Below the pieces are notes generated by a model that had not been told where the DNA came from, searched no databases, and worked only from the letters and a program-made list of their open reading frames with translations. Below are positions 46,866-56,087 of a stretch of 64,000 nt of DNA, piece by piece (position 1 is the first letter of the stretch; every line of letters starts with the position of its first letter). Both the position numbers and the translations under genes were made by a program. The stretch comes from a virus, in IMG/VR virus record IMGVR_UViG_3300025276_000022. The stretch is one strand, 5' to 3'.

Positions 46866-48926
46866 GTGAAGAAATTTAGTGAGATAAGAACTCATACTCA
46901 AGAGGCAAAAGAACATACGTACACTGTGGTTCATGCTAAGAAAGGTAAAGTAGTAGTTACTGCACCCACTTCATATGATGCGGCAAAGAAAGCGGCAAAG
47001 CAATGGAAACTAAAGTCTACTGGCGGTGTTGATGCTCACATTATGGAAGCAAAACAAGCTATAGTGTGGAAAGTTAAACCACCAAAGGGTCAGAAGAATA
47101 TTCATCCTGATTCCAAATGGCCAGGAATAAAGCCAGGCGATATCCAAAAGATGAATGAGTCTGTCGAACTTGACGAACTTTGCGAAGCGCAAGGCAAGTT
47201 AAATGCCAAAGGCGAGATCGAGATGACTGCGAAGAACTACGCCAAGATTCACAAGGACTTTAAGACCAAGATCAAAGGAACACCTTTTGCTATGCAGATA
47301 CATCCTAAGACTGGCGGTTCTGCACTGTTCCCTGTTACGTTCATCAAAGAGTCTACCGACCTCACGGAAGGTAAGAACCTCATTCCTCAGTTCCAAGATA
47401 TCGTCAAGAACAAACAAGCGAAAAAGATCGGTGGTACTATGATAGATATGTACACCGCAAGCACCATTACCCATGTATATGATAAAGTATCTGATGCCAA
47501 TAAGAAGAAGATGGAAACATCAAACATTAATGTGCTTATCGGACTTTCACGTAAAATCATGGGTGCTGGCCAAAAGGAATCAGTAGAGGTTGTAGAGGGA
47601 GACGAATATAAGAATATCTCCAAGACAATAACCCAAACTCCTAAGCATAAACGAGACAAGAAAGCAACCGCTGCAAAACCTGCCAAGACTAATGCTAGAG
47701 AAGTTGCTCGTCGTAAAGCGATTGAGAAACATCAAGCAAAGAACGCTGCTAAGAAAGAAAAAGGATACTGGGACGAGAGTGCCAAAGGTATGGTAGGCGG
47801 TTTCTCAGTAGAGATACCAAAACAAACTATCTCTGGTAAGACTATCGGTGGTGGTAAGAACGGAATCTTTGTTAAAGCTAAGACTGCTCGTCAAGCAATC
47901 AGCATGGCAGCAAAACGTCTGGGTGTTGATTTCAAGATGCTTAAAGTCGGTAAGGTATTGAAAGAAGGTGTTGAATCAATAAATGAAGCAAAAGTAGAAA
48001 CAGAAAGACACTTTGGTAAAAAAGGTATTATCATTATGATTCGTGATGGAAACAAAATGATATCTGCAATATTCAAAGATAAAAAGAACGCTGATGAATT
48101 TAATAGAAACAAACCAGCTGATGTTAAAAAACTTATACAACTTGCTAAGGAAACAAAATATCCAAAAGCAATTGATGAATCGGTAAACCTTGAAGAAGGA
48201 AAAATGAAAGAGTTTCATGACTATATTGATCAAGGTAAATCTGCACAGTGGATTGCTAAGAAGATGGGTCTGGACATGAAGACTGTAAAAGAATTGATGG
48301 CAGACATGAAAGAGTCTGTCGAAGAAGGTAAGACTGGTGCAGCACGATTGACCAACCGACTAAAGAAGTCCGGTGTTGATCTTGACAAACGTGCCAAGGA
48401 TCGTGCCGCAAGTCATGCAGAACTAAAGAAGAAGTATGCTACTGAGTCTGTCGAACTGGACGAAGCATATCAGCAGTTCTTGGATAAGACTCCTAACTGG
48501 GGTGAAGACAAGGCAATCTCTTATGGACGCAAGAAGGGTTACAAAGAGATCGGTGTATGTGGTCACGGTAAGATAGATGGTATTGTATTGTTCGGTATGG
48601 ATGCTGGCGACAAAGCATATGTCGGTAAGGAAGCAAAGATTAAGACTGGTCAAACAGTATTCCGTTATGCTACTAGCCGCACTGTCGCAGGCGATATCTT
48701 TCCTTTAGTTAAGATTGATGTTAAGAAAGGTCTTCTATATAACCTATCTCAGAAGTCTAGTGAAGGTGAGATCGAACACGCAGAGTTTGAAACTAAGAGT
48801 TCTAAGCTAAGATATCTTCGTCTTCTATCTACTGCGAACCTCCGTGATATTGTTGGATTCGATGCAGAGGTTAAAGAATCTACTGCACCTAAAACTCTTA
48901 GCGATATTAGAGCGAAAAGATTTTAA
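46866..48926 (+). CDS. Putative internal-head polyprotein
   Basis: MKKFSEIR; about ten Lys-rich modules separated by acidic ES(V/T)x(L/V)xE linkers. Confidence 0.7.
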   Translation: MKKFSEIRTHTQEAKEHTYTVVHAKKGKVVVTAPTSYDAAKKAAKQWKLKSTGGVDAHIMEAKQAIVWKVKPPKGQKNIHPDSKWPGIKPGDIQKMNESVELDELCEAQGKLNAKGEIEMTAKNYAKIHKDFKTKIKGTPFAMQIHPKTGGSALFPVTFIKESTDLTEGKNLIPQFQDIVKNKQAKKIGGTMIDMYTASTITHVYDKVSDANKKKMETSNINVLIGLSRKIMGAGQKESVEVVEGDEYKNISKTITQTPKHKRDKKATAAKPAKTNAREVARRKAIEKHQAKNAAKKEKGYWDESAKGMVGGFSVEIPKQTISGKTIGGGKNGIFVKAKTARQAISMAAKRLGVDFKMLKVGKVLKEGVESINEAKVETERHFGKKGIIIMIRDGNKMISAIFKDKKNADEFNRNKPADVKKLIQLAKETKYPKAIDESVNLEEGKMKEFHDYIDQGKSAQWIAKKMGLDMKTVKELMADMKESVEEGKTGAARLTNRLKKSGVDLDKRAKDRAASHAELKKKYATESVELDEAYQQFLDKTPNWGEDKAISYGRKKGYKEIGVCGHGKIDGIVLFGMDAGDKAYVGKEAKIKTGQTVFRYATSRTVAGDIFPLVKIDVKKGLLYNLSQKSSEGEIEHAEFETKSSKLRYLRLLSTANLRDIVGFDAEVKESTAPKTLSDIRAKRF

Positions 48927-49603
48927 TGAAAAGTTTTCGTTCATTTATAACAGACAGTGTTGATGCCGAGAAAGAATATGGTAAGTCATTTGTCGCGTCT
49001 GCCAAGTCAGTTGGTGTGCAACGTAAGTTGACCAAAGAACTTGGTGTTAAACTCAAAGAGGTAGAGAAGTCTTTGGGACACGGTGGTGGTGGTAATGGAC
49101 TTACACCGGATGATGTGAAGTCGAACCCTAAGTGGAAAGCGGCAAAGAAAGCATTGGATGTTGCATTCAAGAAAGAACAGCAAATGAACCAAGCGATGTC
49201 AAAGGCGTTTGGTAAGCAGATGAAAGACTTCCGTAACAAAGACCGTAGAGGTTATATGTCTTTGTTTATCGGAGAGTCTACAGAAGCTTGTTGTGAAGAC
49301 TGCGTAGAAGAACTCATCATTGAAGACGGTGTATTCATCAACGAAGATGGTAAGAAAGATAACGTGAAACTTAACAATCCTACCCGTGGTGGTAGTAAGA
49401 AGTTTTACGTATATGTAAAGAATGAGAAGGGTAACGTGGTTAAGGTTTCTTTCGGAGATCCCAATATGGAGATCAAAAGAGATGATCCAGCACGTCGTAA
49501 AAGTTTCAGGGCGAGGCACAACTGTGCAGATCCTGGCCCGAAGTGGAAAGCACGGTACTGGTCATGTTATCAATGGCGAGCCGGTGCAAAAGTAGATAAT
49601 TGA
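48926..49603 (+). CDS. Two-module basic protein with capsid-targeting-like N-terminus
   Basis: MKSFRSFITD; C-terminal KKFYVYVK...FGDP...RRKSFRARHNC...ARYWSC. Confidence 0.8.
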   Translation: MKSFRSFITDSVDAEKEYGKSFVASAKSVGVQRKLTKELGVKLKEVEKSLGHGGGGNGLTPDDVKSNPKWKAAKKALDVAFKKEQQMNQAMSKAFGKQMKDFRNKDRRGYMSLFIGESTEACCEDCVEELIIEDGVFINEDGKKDNVKLNNPTRGGSKKFYVYVKNEKGNVVKVSFGDPNMEIKRDDPARRKSFRARHNCADPGPKWKARYWSCYQWRAGAKVDN

Positions 49604-49608
49604 TACGT

Positions 49609-49616
49609 TATAAATA
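49609..49616 (+). promoter_or_regulatory. Late promoter
   Basis: TATAAATA. Confidence 0.8.
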
Positions 49617-49738
49617 CACTTAACCTTAACTAATAAGTCAACTAATTACATTAATAAACATTTTATTATACATTAATATAAACTTTATTACTAATTTATT
49701 TAAGACTTATATCATTTAGACTAATGGGCTGATCGAAA

Positions 49739-50050
49739 ATGGCAGATAATAACACCGCATTAATAGACCATGTGCAACGTGAGGAATCTCGACTCGCAAG
49801 AATTGAGGACAAGATAGATAAACTTTCAGACGCAATGATCGATCTCGCTCGTGCTGAAGAAAAACTTATAAACATAGAAAAATCAAGCTCCCAACATTTT
49901 GAACGTATGAATCGTTTCTCCATGAGAATGGATGATATGGAAGATACCGTTCAGGAACAGGGAAAGACAGTAAAGGTCATGCAGTATATCATTACGTTAT
50001 CTGCAACCGTCTTTGCTGGTTTGGTCGTCAAAGTATTCTTTGACGCTTAA
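49739..50050 (+). CDS. Coiled-coil protein with C-terminal TM (holin/XhlA-like architecture)
   Basis: RLARIEDKIDKL heptads; C-terminal hydrophobic helix. Confidence 0.7.
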   Translation: MADNNTALIDHVQREESRLARIEDKIDKLSDAMIDLARAEEKLINIEKSSSQHFERMNRFSMRMDDMEDTVQEQGKTVKVMQYIITLSATVFAGLVVKVFFDA

Positions 50051-50069
50051 TATTTAACCGGAGACTAAA

Positions 50070-50933
50070 GTGATGTCAAACATCAATAATATAATGGAGG
50101 CTTATTTGTCAATGAAGGTCTCCGAGCAAGAAGCACTTGCCGAAGCTAAAAAGTTGGATGCAGTAGACGATAAGGCGAACGATAAGAAGTTCACTGATCG
50201 TAAAGATAAAGATATAGATAACGACGGTGACGTAGATTCATCTGATGAGTTCTTACATAAGAAGCGTAAGGCAATCGACAACGAGATTGACGGTGGAGAG
50301 AAACCTGCTGACAATGCTAAACCTAAGAAGGGTGTTAATCCTTTCAAGAAGGAAGAAGTTGAGATTGACGAAGCACGTCAAATGAAAGATCCTAAGAAAG
50401 ACACTATGGTCACTAAGGGTGGTAAGACTATCGTAATCGACAAGTCTAAGGAAGCAGAATACCTCAAGAAGGGTTGGACACTATCTGAAGAAAAAGACGA
50501 AGAAGAAGATGATGTCGAGACTGATAAGAAACCTTTCCCACCTAAGAAGAAGAAGCCTGCAGATGTAGATGGTGATGTTGAAGAACCAGAAGCTGACGGA
50601 GATTCCGAAATTAAAAAGAATCCCAAGACTGCGGATAAGAAAGCTGAGATCTCTAAGATCGAGAGTGTAGACACTCGTTCTGCGTTTGAAAAAATGTGGT
50701 CAGAGATTGTTGAAGCAACTGCGCCTAAGAAAGATGGCGAGAAGTACGATGATAACTCATCCCAGCACGATAAGGACGTTATCAAAAATCATAAGAAGTC
50801 TGATAAGAAGATTGAAGATGGTGTAGAAGATAGTCACGCCAAGACCTTTAAAGCTGGTGGTAAGGATCAAAAACAAGCCCCTGCTCGAAGCGGTGCTGAC
50901 AATCTGAAAAATGGTGACAAATCACCTAAGTAA
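50070..50933 (+). CDS. Charged low-complexity protein, possible prohead core component
   Basis: DIDNDGDVDSSD EF-hand-like loop; LAE/IDE/LSE/IVE sites. Confidence 0.7.
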   Translation: MMSNINNIMEAYLSMKVSEQEALAEAKKLDAVDDKANDKKFTDRKDKDIDNDGDVDSSDEFLHKKRKAIDNEIDGGEKPADNAKPKKGVNPFKKEEVEIDEARQMKDPKKDTMVTKGGKTIVIDKSKEAEYLKKGWTLSEEKDEEEDDVETDKKPFPPKKKKPADVDGDVEEPEADGDSEIKKNPKTADKKAEISKIESVDTRSAFEKMWSEIVEATAPKKDGEKYDDNSSQHDKDVIKNHKKSDKKIEDGVEDSHAKTFKAGGKDQKQAPARSGADNLKNGDKSPK

Positions 50934-50961
50934 TTCATTGTTATTGATAAGGTATTAAATC

Positions 50962-51195
50962 ATGTTAGAACCTATGCTTCGGTATATTGTAGAGCTATTT
51001 CGTCAAGATCCACCGACAGAAGTTGTTACAGTTAAGGGGACTAGTGATGAAAACGTTCCTACTATACCGATAGAGGATATGACTAAGGGTCAAATAGACG
51101 AACTTGGAAAGGCGAATGGTGTAAGATTAGACTGTCGCCGTAGAAAAGGAATTCTAGTTGCGAAGATGAAGGAAGCAGGAATCCACCACGGATAG
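50962..51195 (+). CDS. Hypothetical protein
   Basis: MTK.QI.ELG...G..LD.R..K motif. Confidence 0.7.
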   Translation: MLEPMLRYIVELFRQDPPTEVVTVKGTSDENVPTIPIEDMTKGQIDELGKANGVRLDCRRRKGILVAKMKEAGIHHG

Positions 51196-51198
51196 TCC

Positions 51199-52155
51199 AT
51201 GTCTTTCAAATACTATGTGCTTACTAGTAGTAACATCCGGACATTAGAACGTCAATTTGCTACCCTCAAACCTAATGAGACCGTGGTTATCATAAACTCT
51301 CTGGATCCAGAGTACGTTATTGAGGCCACGGGATTTTGTACGAATAATGATATTCAATATCACATAACCGAATCAGACGGCACACCTTCAACTGGTAAGA
51401 ACTCATTGCTCGATAAATTCTTAGAGAGCGATAACGAGTATATGGTACAGGTTGACGGTGATGATGTAATCACCCCCTACGGTAGAAACCTCTACCGAAC
51501 AGTTGCTCACTGCGACTCTCCCCCAGACATGATATGTTTAGCGAATCAACTGTCGATCAAAACTCCTCGAGCAGACTTCTTCTCTTTGTTTCAAAAGCAA
51601 GTAGACAGTAGATCCGTTAGCAAGAAGCACTTCTATATCCCAATGAAACATTCTCATCATTGGACACATGATTTAAAAACAAGAAACACTCGTGGGGTTT
51701 ATGTTCCTAAAGTCAGCGAACCGGACATAGAAAAACTTATTAGAGTTGGTATTGAGCCAACTGTCGCTAGACAATGGATGGAGAACCGAAAGGTAGCAGA
51801 AGATTATAGTGTGGATTATGGTGACATGATGAACACTCTCAACCGGCTTGTATTCTACTCACGTAAGGCAGCAGAGTATACTAGGTTCGATACTGAGCAT
51901 AGAATAGGTGAAGATGCTCTACAATACTATCAATTGAAAAAACTATCGCATGAAGGTAAATTGGATATGCGAGTAAGGAATGAAAATCCTAAGTACTCTT
52001 ATCTGTACATGCAGGATTTTGATAGTACTACTCGACATGGAGTTCCAGAACTTAGTTGGATATTGCCTCTTATTACAAAACTAAATAGTATGGATATGTA
52101 TCCAAAGGGGTACAGACTACCGGAGTTTGAAGACCCATACTATGAAGTTGACTAA
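51199..52155 (+). CDS. GT-A-fold glycosyltransferase-like protein
   Basis: SDGTPSTGKNS, QVDGDD, IGED; paralog of 36373. Confidence 0.6.
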   Translation: MSFKYYVLTSSNIRTLERQFATLKPNETVVIINSLDPEYVIEATGFCTNNDIQYHITESDGTPSTGKNSLLDKFLESDNEYMVQVDGDDVITPYGRNLYRTVAHCDSPPDMICLANQLSIKTPRADFFSLFQKQVDSRSVSKKHFYIPMKHSHHWTHDLKTRNTRGVYVPKVSEPDIEKLIRVGIEPTVARQWMENRKVAEDYSVDYGDMMNTLNRLVFYSRKAAEYTRFDTEHRIGEDALQYYQLKKLSHEGKLDMRVRNENPKYSYLYMQDFDSTTRHGVPELSWILPLITKLNSMDMYPKGYRLPEFEDPYYEVD

Positions 52156-52510
52156 GAATAATCTTGTAGTCTATGCTGCAAAGCATTACTACAACCCCAC
52201 CTTTATCGACGGTGAGGAATTTAATGATGATATCAAGAGATTTAAGTATGTGAAGAGACTGGTGAATCGGTATCATCAGCATGGCGACCTTGCCGAAAGA
52301 CTGATATTGAATCATCTAATAGTGATCTTTAATGTCTTTGGTTATGAGGCTGGAGTTGAGATGTTAGCATTAAAACTCCCTCTAGAACAGTGGCCAACAA
52401 TCAAACCATTTCTCATTTTTCTGAATGCTATAAAAAATGATGATATTACAGGTATCGAAATGGATAAATACGTTATAGAAAAGTTGAGAGAAATAAGATG
52501 GGCATCCTAA
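52142..52510 (+). CDS. Conserved T4-like hypothetical protein
   Basis: YAAKHYYNP...EF..DIKRFKYVKRL..RY...L.ERLILNHLI. Confidence 0.85.
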   Translation: MKLTKNNLVVYAAKHYYNPTFIDGEEFNDDIKRFKYVKRLVNRYHQHGDLAERLILNHLIVIFNVFGYEAGVEMLALKLPLEQWPTIKPFLIFLNAIKNDDITGIEMDKYVIEKLREIRWAS

Positions 52511-53091
52511 AGTCAGCCGCAGACATAGTCTACACAATTAGATTTTTAAAACTACTCGTTACTAAGTTCGAGGACACAGGTGCGTTCAAAGCAGGCATCA
52601 TTGATAAGGACGGTAAAAAGAACCCAGACTTCTCTATGGATAAGATGGATGACCGTGAGGCATATCGTGATCATTATACCTCCTTCCATCGTCTTGTTTA
52701 TAACCTAAAGAAAATTATGGCAAAGGCTCCTGGCGGTTCTTCGGTAGTCGCTCGGTATGGTGCTGCGCTTGCATTGATTAAAGAACATGGTGAACTATCT
52801 AACTCTAATCTACAAAAGATACATGAGAAGACTGGTATTGATATCTTGGACATTCTAATGGAAAGTTCTCAGTGGTATGTCCTAGAGAATGGATGCGTTG
52901 GACAAGGTGTCTATCGTATGCGTAATAACTCTATGATTGATACTGGAGAAGAATTAGTCCGGAAGGGAGATCAAGTACGTATCTCCGAAGATAATCTATG
53001 TCATAACATCCTAGGTATACCCGTATACGAAGGAACCCACTTACGAACAGGTAAACGTATTCTGTTCTCCGCTAACGAGATAATGAAATGA
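52498..53091 (+). CDS. Conserved T4-like hypothetical protein
   Basis: AD.VYT.RFLKLL..F....AF..GIID..G; FHRLV.NLK. Confidence 0.85.
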   Translation: MGILKSAADIVYTIRFLKLLVTKFEDTGAFKAGIIDKDGKKNPDFSMDKMDDREAYRDHYTSFHRLVYNLKKIMAKAPGGSSVVARYGAALALIKEHGELSNSNLQKIHEKTGIDILDILMESSQWYVLENGCVGQGVYRMRNNSMIDTGEELVRKGDQVRISEDNLCHNILGIPVYEGTHLRTGKRILFSANEIMK

Positions 53092-53279
53092 AAACATATA
53101 AAGAATTCATGCAATCATTCGAAGAAGAGATTGCTAACAATACTTCAGGCGTTTCTGGTGCTGGTGAAAACCCAGACCAAACCGTAGTTATACGCAAGAA
53201 GCACGATCGCAAAAATTCGCGTAAGAATGCAGCTGCACTACTCAGAAGAGTTTTTCCAGAAAGATTTGAAAATAAGTAG
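53088..53279 (+). CDS. Small protein with capsid-targeting-like N-terminus
   Basis: MKTYKEFMQSFEEE. Confidence 0.75.
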   Translation: MKTYKEFMQSFEEEIANNTSGVSGAGENPDQTVVIRKKHDRKNSRKNAAALLRRVFPERFENK

Positions 53280-53289
53280 TAACTGTCCC

Positions 53290-53318
53290 TTGACAAACTA
53301 ACCAAAGTACTATATAAT
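53290..53318 (+). promoter_or_regulatory. sigma70 promoter for the nrd region
   Basis: TTGACA-N17-TATAAT. Confidence 0.85.
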
Positions 53319-53344
53319 TCTATATTAAATCGAAGAGTTATAGC

Positions 53345-53680
53345 ATGAAAATTATTGAACGCCCCGACTACAAGATCGTCATTCTTGAAACTAATGACGA
53401 TAGCCTCGGTGACCTATTAGAAACCAATGATATGGATAAACTCATATTCGTTGCTATGCAAGGTTACCACGCAGGCGACCTCCCTATAGAAAGATTCCTA
53501 GTTAAAAATCGCACTGCCCCATTTAAAAATCATTTAATGTGGGAAGGCTTCTTTGACCCTAAAGAAGAGGACGCATACATAGTTAACCGTTGTAATTTGT
53601 TCTGGGAATCTGGTAAAGGGATGCTCATCGAAGAGTATGAGTATCAAAGTGATGAACCATTCTACGACTACAGCAAATAG
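53345..53680 (+). CDS. Hypothetical protein
   Basis: ORF after promoter. Confidence 0.7.
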   Translation: MKIIERPDYKIVILETNDDSLGDLLETNDMDKLIFVAMQGYHAGDLPIERFLVKNRTAPFKNHLMWEGFFDPKEEDAYIVNRCNLFWESGKGMLIEEYEYQSDEPFYDYSK

Positions 53681-53686
53681 GTTATT

Positions 53687-54040
53687 ATGTCCGGTATACT
53701 GAACCATCTAAAGGGGTATGAATCTTTGTATAGAATCATATCCGGTATTGACAAAAACCTATTTAAAGTGTATAATATCCCGTATTGCACACATCAAAGC
53801 AATGAAGTATTTCTCGTAGTAATGTCAGATGATGTGCATATACCTACCGAGATACGTGAAGCATGGTCAGTTGCACAAGGCCATTGTCTAGATAACGGGG
53901 TGACTCTAAACCTTATTATCATGAAGGTAGAAGAATATAAGAATTGGGTGAACACTGAATTGCCCTATATAAATGATGTCGAGTGCTCTTCGACACCTAA
54001 ATTACTTGAAAGTGGTTACTTCTCTATAGATGGAAAGTGA
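53687..54040 (+). CDS. Hypothetical protein
   Basis: ORF in operon. Confidence 0.6.
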   Translation: MSGILNHLKGYESLYRIISGIDKNLFKVYNIPYCTHQSNEVFLVVMSDDVHIPTEIREAWSVAQGHCLDNGVTLNLIIMKVEEYKNWVNTELPYINDVECSSTPKLLESGYFSIDGK

Positions 54041-54062
54041 TCCAACTAATGGAATAATAATA

Positions 54063-56060
54063 ATGACAGTCGATGTGAAATATGATAGGGACGAGTTACT
54101 TACAGACTATGCTGTAGGAATGCTAAAAGATTTTTATATGATAGATGGAGAAGATTCTCCGCAAGACGCATATGCAAGAGCAGCGACTGCATGGTCAATG
54201 TATAAGGGGCAGATGGATGAAGTCCTAGCACGACGATTATATGAATATGTTTCCAAGAAATGGTTTATGTTTGCTTCACCAGTCCTCTCAAACGCACCAG
54301 ATGGTGACAAGAAGTCAAAGGGACTTCCTATCTCATGTTTCCTCACATATGTACCGGACACGTTAGAGGGACTAATTGACCACACCTCAGAGTTACGCTG
54401 GTTGTCCGTTATGGGAGGTGGAGTTGGTGGTCACTGGAGTGATGTACGTACGGTGTCTGACATAGCGCCCGGGCCCATACCTTTCATGCATACTGTAGAC
54501 GCAGATATGATTGCCTACCGACAGGGTAAGACGCGTAAGGGTTCTTATGCAGCATACCTAGATGTTGGTCATCCAGACATTATTGAATTCCTAAATATAC
54601 GGATACCCACAGGTGATGTTCAACGTAAAGCTCTGAACATTCACAATGCTATAAATATTAGCGATGAGTTTATGACTGCGGTTATAGACAACACAAATTT
54701 TAACTTACGTGATCCTAAAGATGGTACAGTAAAAGAAGCCATCAATGCACGTAAGTTATGGGAGCGAATCCTTGAGGTTCGATTCCGTACGGGTGAACCG
54801 TACTTAAACTTTATTGATACTGCGAATCGAGATCTACCCCAACCTCTAAAGGATTTGGGATTGAAGATTCACGGATCAAACTTATGCAATGAAATTCACT
54901 TACCAACATCAGCAGATAGAACTGCGGTATGTTGTCTGTCTTCCCTCAACTTAGAGTACTATGACGAGTGGAAGGATACCAACATTATACGAGACATCGT
55001 CCGTATGTTGGATAACGTTCTTGAGTACTTTATTGAGAACGCACCGGACAACATCTCCAGAGCAAGATACTCTGCGGAACGTGAACGATCAATTGGTTTG
55101 GGTGCAATGGGATTCCATTCACTCTTACAAAAGCACTCTGTCCCTTGGGAATCTGATAAAGCCCGAGAGATAAATAAGGTTGTCTTTGAGAACATCCAAA
55201 GACAAGCTGTAGAAGAGTCACGGCTCCTAGCGAAAGAGCGAGGCGAATACTCAGACGGTATATCGTCAGGAATGCGTAATTCGCATCTAATAGCAATCGC
55301 GCCTAACGCATCGTCAGGAGTCATTTTATCTACATCACCATCTATCGAACCACTGAAGGCATGTGCTTATACGCATAGAACTCGTGCTGGTTCGTTCTTA
55401 GTGAAGAACGTTTATCTGACCCGACTTCTAAAAGAGAAGGGTCATGATAACGAATCTACGTGGACAAGCATTATCACCAAGAAAGGGTCGGTGCAACACC
55501 TACCTTTTCTGAATGAAGGTGAGAAGGCAATCTATAAGACTGCGCAGGAACTTGATCAAAACTGGGTGGTGACCCACGCGGCAGACCGGCAACCATTTAT
55601 TTGTCAGGGTCAGTCAGTCAATCTATTTTTCCCATCGGGTGCACCTAAGGCATATGTCAATAAGGTACACTTCAGCGCATGGAAGAAAGGGTTGAAAGGT
55701 CTATACTATCTACGCACCGAAGCTACATCACGTGCAGAGACGGTATCGGACAAAGTCGAACGAGTCGCATTGATGGACGACCACCGAACGATAATCTATG
55801 GGAAATCTAACTGCCCATGGTGTGTTAAGGCAATAGAAGAGTTACAACTCCGTGGAGTTGACTTCGACTATATCGACCTTGAAGAAATAAAGAAGTCTGC
55901 GGCAGAAGTAACTGGTCGTAAAGATGTCAAAACGGTTCCACAGATTTATATCGAAGGAAGATATATCGGTGGTTATGAAGACCTTATGCTCCAATTAGAA
56001 ACTGATATAGACCTTGGGCCTATTGATGACGGAGATGAATGTCGAGCATGCGAAGGATAA
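54063..56060 (+). CDS. nrdA: Class I ribonucleotide reductase alpha subunit with fused glutaredoxin
   Basis: PISCF, GGGVG, SNLCNEI, APNASS, KGLYYLR; then CPWC...TVPQIYI..YIGG; terminal CRACEG. Confidence 0.96.
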   Translation: MTVDVKYDRDELLTDYAVGMLKDFYMIDGEDSPQDAYARAATAWSMYKGQMDEVLARRLYEYVSKKWFMFASPVLSNAPDGDKKSKGLPISCFLTYVPDTLEGLIDHTSELRWLSVMGGGVGGHWSDVRTVSDIAPGPIPFMHTVDADMIAYRQGKTRKGSYAAYLDVGHPDIIEFLNIRIPTGDVQRKALNIHNAINISDEFMTAVIDNTNFNLRDPKDGTVKEAINARKLWERILEVRFRTGEPYLNFIDTANRDLPQPLKDLGLKIHGSNLCNEIHLPTSADRTAVCCLSSLNLEYYDEWKDTNIIRDIVRMLDNVLEYFIENAPDNISRARYSAERERSIGLGAMGFHSLLQKHSVPWESDKAREINKVVFENIQRQAVEESRLLAKERGEYSDGISSGMRNSHLIAIAPNASSGVILSTSPSIEPLKACAYTHRTRAGSFLVKNVYLTRLLKEKGHDNESTWTSIITKKGSVQHLPFLNEGEKAIYKTAQELDQNWVVTHAADRQPFICQGQSVNLFFPSGAPKAYVNKVHFSAWKKGLKGLYYLRTEATSRAETVSDKVERVALMDDHRTIIYGKSNCPWCVKAIEELQLRGVDFDYIDLEEIKKSAAEVTGRKDVKTVPQIYIEGRYIGGYEDLMLQLETDIDLGPIDDGDECRACEG

Positions 56061-56087
56061 CAATAATTTAAAAGGTCTAATACTAAT

